From: Thermoprotei archaeon
GTDB lineage: Archaea; Thermoproteota; Thermoprotei; Thermoproteales; B15-G16
Assembly (NCBI GenBank): GCA_003649205.1
Contig: QMRC01000001.1
Coordinates: 96,001 to 160,000 of the forward strand
Direction of reading: 5' to 3'
DNA: 64,000 bases
Part shown: piece by piece, positions 61,793 to 64,000 of the stretch
How positions within the stretch are numbered: position 1 is the stretch's first letter
How the letters are laid out: the number at the start of each line of letters is the position of its first letter
Notes under the pieces: model-generated
Told to the model about the DNA's origin: nothing
The model's input: the letters and a program-made list of their open reading frames with translations, nothing else
Databases searched by the model: none
Program-made: the position numbers and the translations under genes

Positions 61793-62650
61793 ATGTTGAG
61801 GAATAGGGATGTTGTCATTGAGTTTAGAGGTGTTTGGTATAGGTATCCACATAGTGATGACTACGCTCTCAAGGATATCAATTTGAGGATTTACCGTGGT
61901 GAATTTGTCGTTGTTGTTGGTCCTAGTGGTTGTGGTAAGTCAACTCTTGTTCGCTGTATCAATGGTCTGATACCGCACTACTATGGTGGTGAGTTGAGAG
62001 GTCAGGTAATTGTTTGCGGTTTAGATACTAGAGAGGTTACTGTTCAAGAGATTTCTAGGTACGTTGCAACAGTTCTTCAAAATCCTGAAGATATGTTGAT
62101 CACTGATCTAGTTGAGGATGAGCTTGCTTTCACACTCGAGAACTTAGGTTACTCAGAATCTGAGATTAAGGAGAGAATTAGGTGGGTTGCTAAGTTACTA
62201 GATATCGAGCACCTACTAAGGAGATCAACACTAGATCTCTCTTATGGTGAGATGCAGAAAGTCGCTTTCGCAACAGCTCTCATACTGAAGCCTAAGATTC
62301 TTCTACTCGATGAGTTTACTAGTAATCTCGATCCGTACTCAGCACAGTACTTCGCATCTATTGTAGATGAGCTTAGACGTAAGGAGGGCACTACTGTCAT
62401 CAATGTATGTCATAGGTTGGAGTACTTCCTCAAGTACTGTACGAGGTTAATTGTCATGAATTCAGGTAGAGTAGTAGCTGATGGTGATCCACGGACAGTA
62501 CTTTACGATGTACTTGAGGATTACAATTACCCACCTTTAGTTTTCATCTTCAAGAACTTGAGGGAACTCGTGAATCTTTATGGTAAACCAATTACTGTTG
62601 AGGAGGGTAGATTAGTTCTTGAGAAATTCCTCAAAAGAATTAGTAATTGA
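61793..62650 (+). CDS. ecfA: ECF transporter ATPase A
   Basis: GPSGCGKST, NGLIPH, QNPE, LSYGE, LLDE. Confidence 0.9.
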   Translation: MLRNRDVVIEFRGVWYRYPHSDDYALKDINLRIYRGEFVVVVGPSGCGKSTLVRCINGLIPHYYGGELRGQVIVCGLDTREVTVQEISRYVATVLQNPEDMLITDLVEDELAFTLENLGYSESEIKERIRWVAKLLDIEHLLRRSTLDLSYGEMQKVAFATALILKPKILLLDEFTSNLDPYSAQYFASIVDELRRKEGTTVINVCHRLEYFLKYCTRLIVMNSGRVVADGDPRTVLYDVLEDYNYPPLVFIFKNLRELVNLYGKPITVEEGRLVLEKFLKRISN

Positions 62651-63464
62651 GGTTCGAGATCTCTGGTTTAGGTACTCTAGAGAGAGTCCTTGGGTACTTA
62701 GAGGTATTGATCTTGAGCTATATAGTGGTGAGATTGTTGCTATTGTCGGTAGGAATGGTTGTGGTAAAACTACCTTGATTAAGCACTTCAATGGTCTTCT
62801 CAAGCCATGTAGAGGTATTGTGAAGGTCTTAGGTATGGATACGAGGTATGTAAGTACGAGTGAGCTGTCTAAGTACGTTGGTATTGTATTTCAGAACCCG
62901 ATTTATCAATTCTCGTGTTCAACAGTATTCGATGAAGTAGCTTTTGCACTTAGACTACGCAACTTACCAAGTGATGTAGTTGAGAAGCTAGTTAACTCAG
63001 TTCTAAGTGAGTTAGGAATAGTTCATCTAGCTAATAGGTGCCCATATGATCTATCTCTTGGTGAGCAACGTCGTGTATCGATAGCGTCAGTACTCGTGTA
63101 TAGACCTAAGGTTTTGGTACTTGATGAACCGACGACTGGTCTAGATTACAGGAGTAAGCTCTTTCTACTGAACGTCATAAGGAGGGAGAGGGAGAGAGGT
63201 TGTTGCATTGTGCTCGTTACGCATGACATGGAGTTTCTCTGTGAGTTAAAACCTGATAGAGTAGTCTTGATGGATGATGGGAAGGTAATCTACGTTGGTG
63301 ATCCTAGAGAGGTTATGTATAGTCCTGAATTACTTAGTAGATGCAATCTAGTACAACCTCAAGTACCTGCGCTTTCCCGAGGATTGCTCTCAGCAAGGCC
63401 TCTATCAGCGAAGGAGTTCTTGAGTGAGTTCATGAAGATGAGGGATGTGAGTGGTACTCCGTAG
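62619..63464 (+). CDS. ecfA: ECF transporter ATPase A'
   Basis: GRNGCGKTT, FQNP, LSLGE, LDEPTTGLD, THDM. Confidence 0.9.
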   Translation: MRNSSKELVIEVRDLWFRYSRESPWVLRGIDLELYSGEIVAIVGRNGCGKTTLIKHFNGLLKPCRGIVKVLGMDTRYVSTSELSKYVGIVFQNPIYQFSCSTVFDEVAFALRLRNLPSDVVEKLVNSVLSELGIVHLANRCPYDLSLGEQRRVSIASVLVYRPKVLVLDEPTTGLDYRSKLFLLNVIRRERERGCCIVLVTHDMEFLCELKPDRVVLMDDGKVIYVGDPREVMYSPELLSRCNLVQPQVPALSRGLLSARPLSAKEFLSEFMKMRDVSGTP

Positions 63465-64000
63465 AAGTTCAGTTACAACAGCTCTATTCTATAGACCTCG
63501 TGAAACAGTACTTCATAAACTCAATCCACTAACTAAGCTAGCAATGATACTGATCATAACAGCAGTCCTCTTCAACACAGATAACCCAATAAAGCTAGCT
63601 ATTACACTTACTACGGTTCTCATACTCTTACACCTCGGTAAGGTACTGAGAAGCAGTCTAGTACTCATGACAACACTACTACCGATGTTTGCGCTGCTCT
63701 TCACAGTGTGTGCACTATCGTGGATGTACGTAGCTGACAAACCACCAACAACAGCAATCACAATAGCGACACTCATAACTACGAGACTAGTCATATTGAC
63801 CTTATCACTTCCAATACTCTACTCAACTACGAGACTGAGCGACATAGCTAGATCACTCCTACTACTCAAGATTCCCTTAAGCGCAGTACTCCCAATAATT
63901 CTAGCCTATAGATTCATACCGGTACTCCTAAGAGACCTAGCAACAGTGTACGAATCACAGATCTCTCGTGGATTAAGCTTTAGGACGAAGAACCCAGTGA
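63451..64000 (+). CDS. ecfT: ECF transporter T component (runs off window)
   Basis: LHKLNPLTKL, LAYRFIP, ESQISRG; open to window end. Confidence 0.85.
   Translation, partial: MVLRRSSVTTALFYRPRETVLHKLNPLTKLAMILIITAVLFNTDNPIKLAITLTTVLILLHLGKVLRSSLVLMTTLLPMFALLFTVCALSWMYVADKPPTTAITIATLITTRLVILTLSLPILYSTTRLSDIARSLLLLKIPLSAVLPIILAYRFIPVLLRDLATVYESQISRGLSFRTKNPV

Noticed and set aside
1-64000. CRISPR array, IS elements, provirus; numerous short antisense ORFs in the track
   Set aside because: No regularly spaced repeats, transposase or viral hallmark genes were seen; the short ORFs overlap well-supported genes on the other strand or frame.

Overview
Archaeal chromosomal DNA, most likely from a Thermoprotei (crenarchaeal) lineage; this placement is inferred from gene content and order. 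Positions 0.1-22.4 kb hold conserved informational clusters: aIF2-gamma, PIN, rpoE', spt4, DUF359, S24e, S27ae, kae1, bud32, rdgB; then S15, RecJ-like, Pcc1-like, S3ae; then the proteasome/exosome superoperon. These are interrupted by a decaying defence/toxin-antitoxin islet (6.3-8.9 kb) and by two antisense genes for exported proteins (18.5-20.2 kb). Positions 22.8-40 kb carry sugar genes, an ABC transporter, sufS, trkH, glnA and two clear C/D-box sRNAs. Three intronless CCA-encoding tRNAs (Ser-UGA, Ile-GAU, Ser-GCU) bracket pseudogene-rich accessory DNA. The standout is an AT-rich island at about 44.9-57.0 kb. It holds an AOR, a ferredoxin, two DeoC-family aldolases, two FGGY kinases sharing perfectly identical DNA patches, an intact ascorbate-type PTS IIC and a HAD hydrolase. 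The seemingly empty DNA next to these genes contains recognisable fossils of HPr, EIIB and a second IIC. The window ends with HEPN-MNT, thrC and an ECF transporter. No CRISPR array, integrase or transposase was seen. All calls come from manual reading of motifs; no database searches were run.
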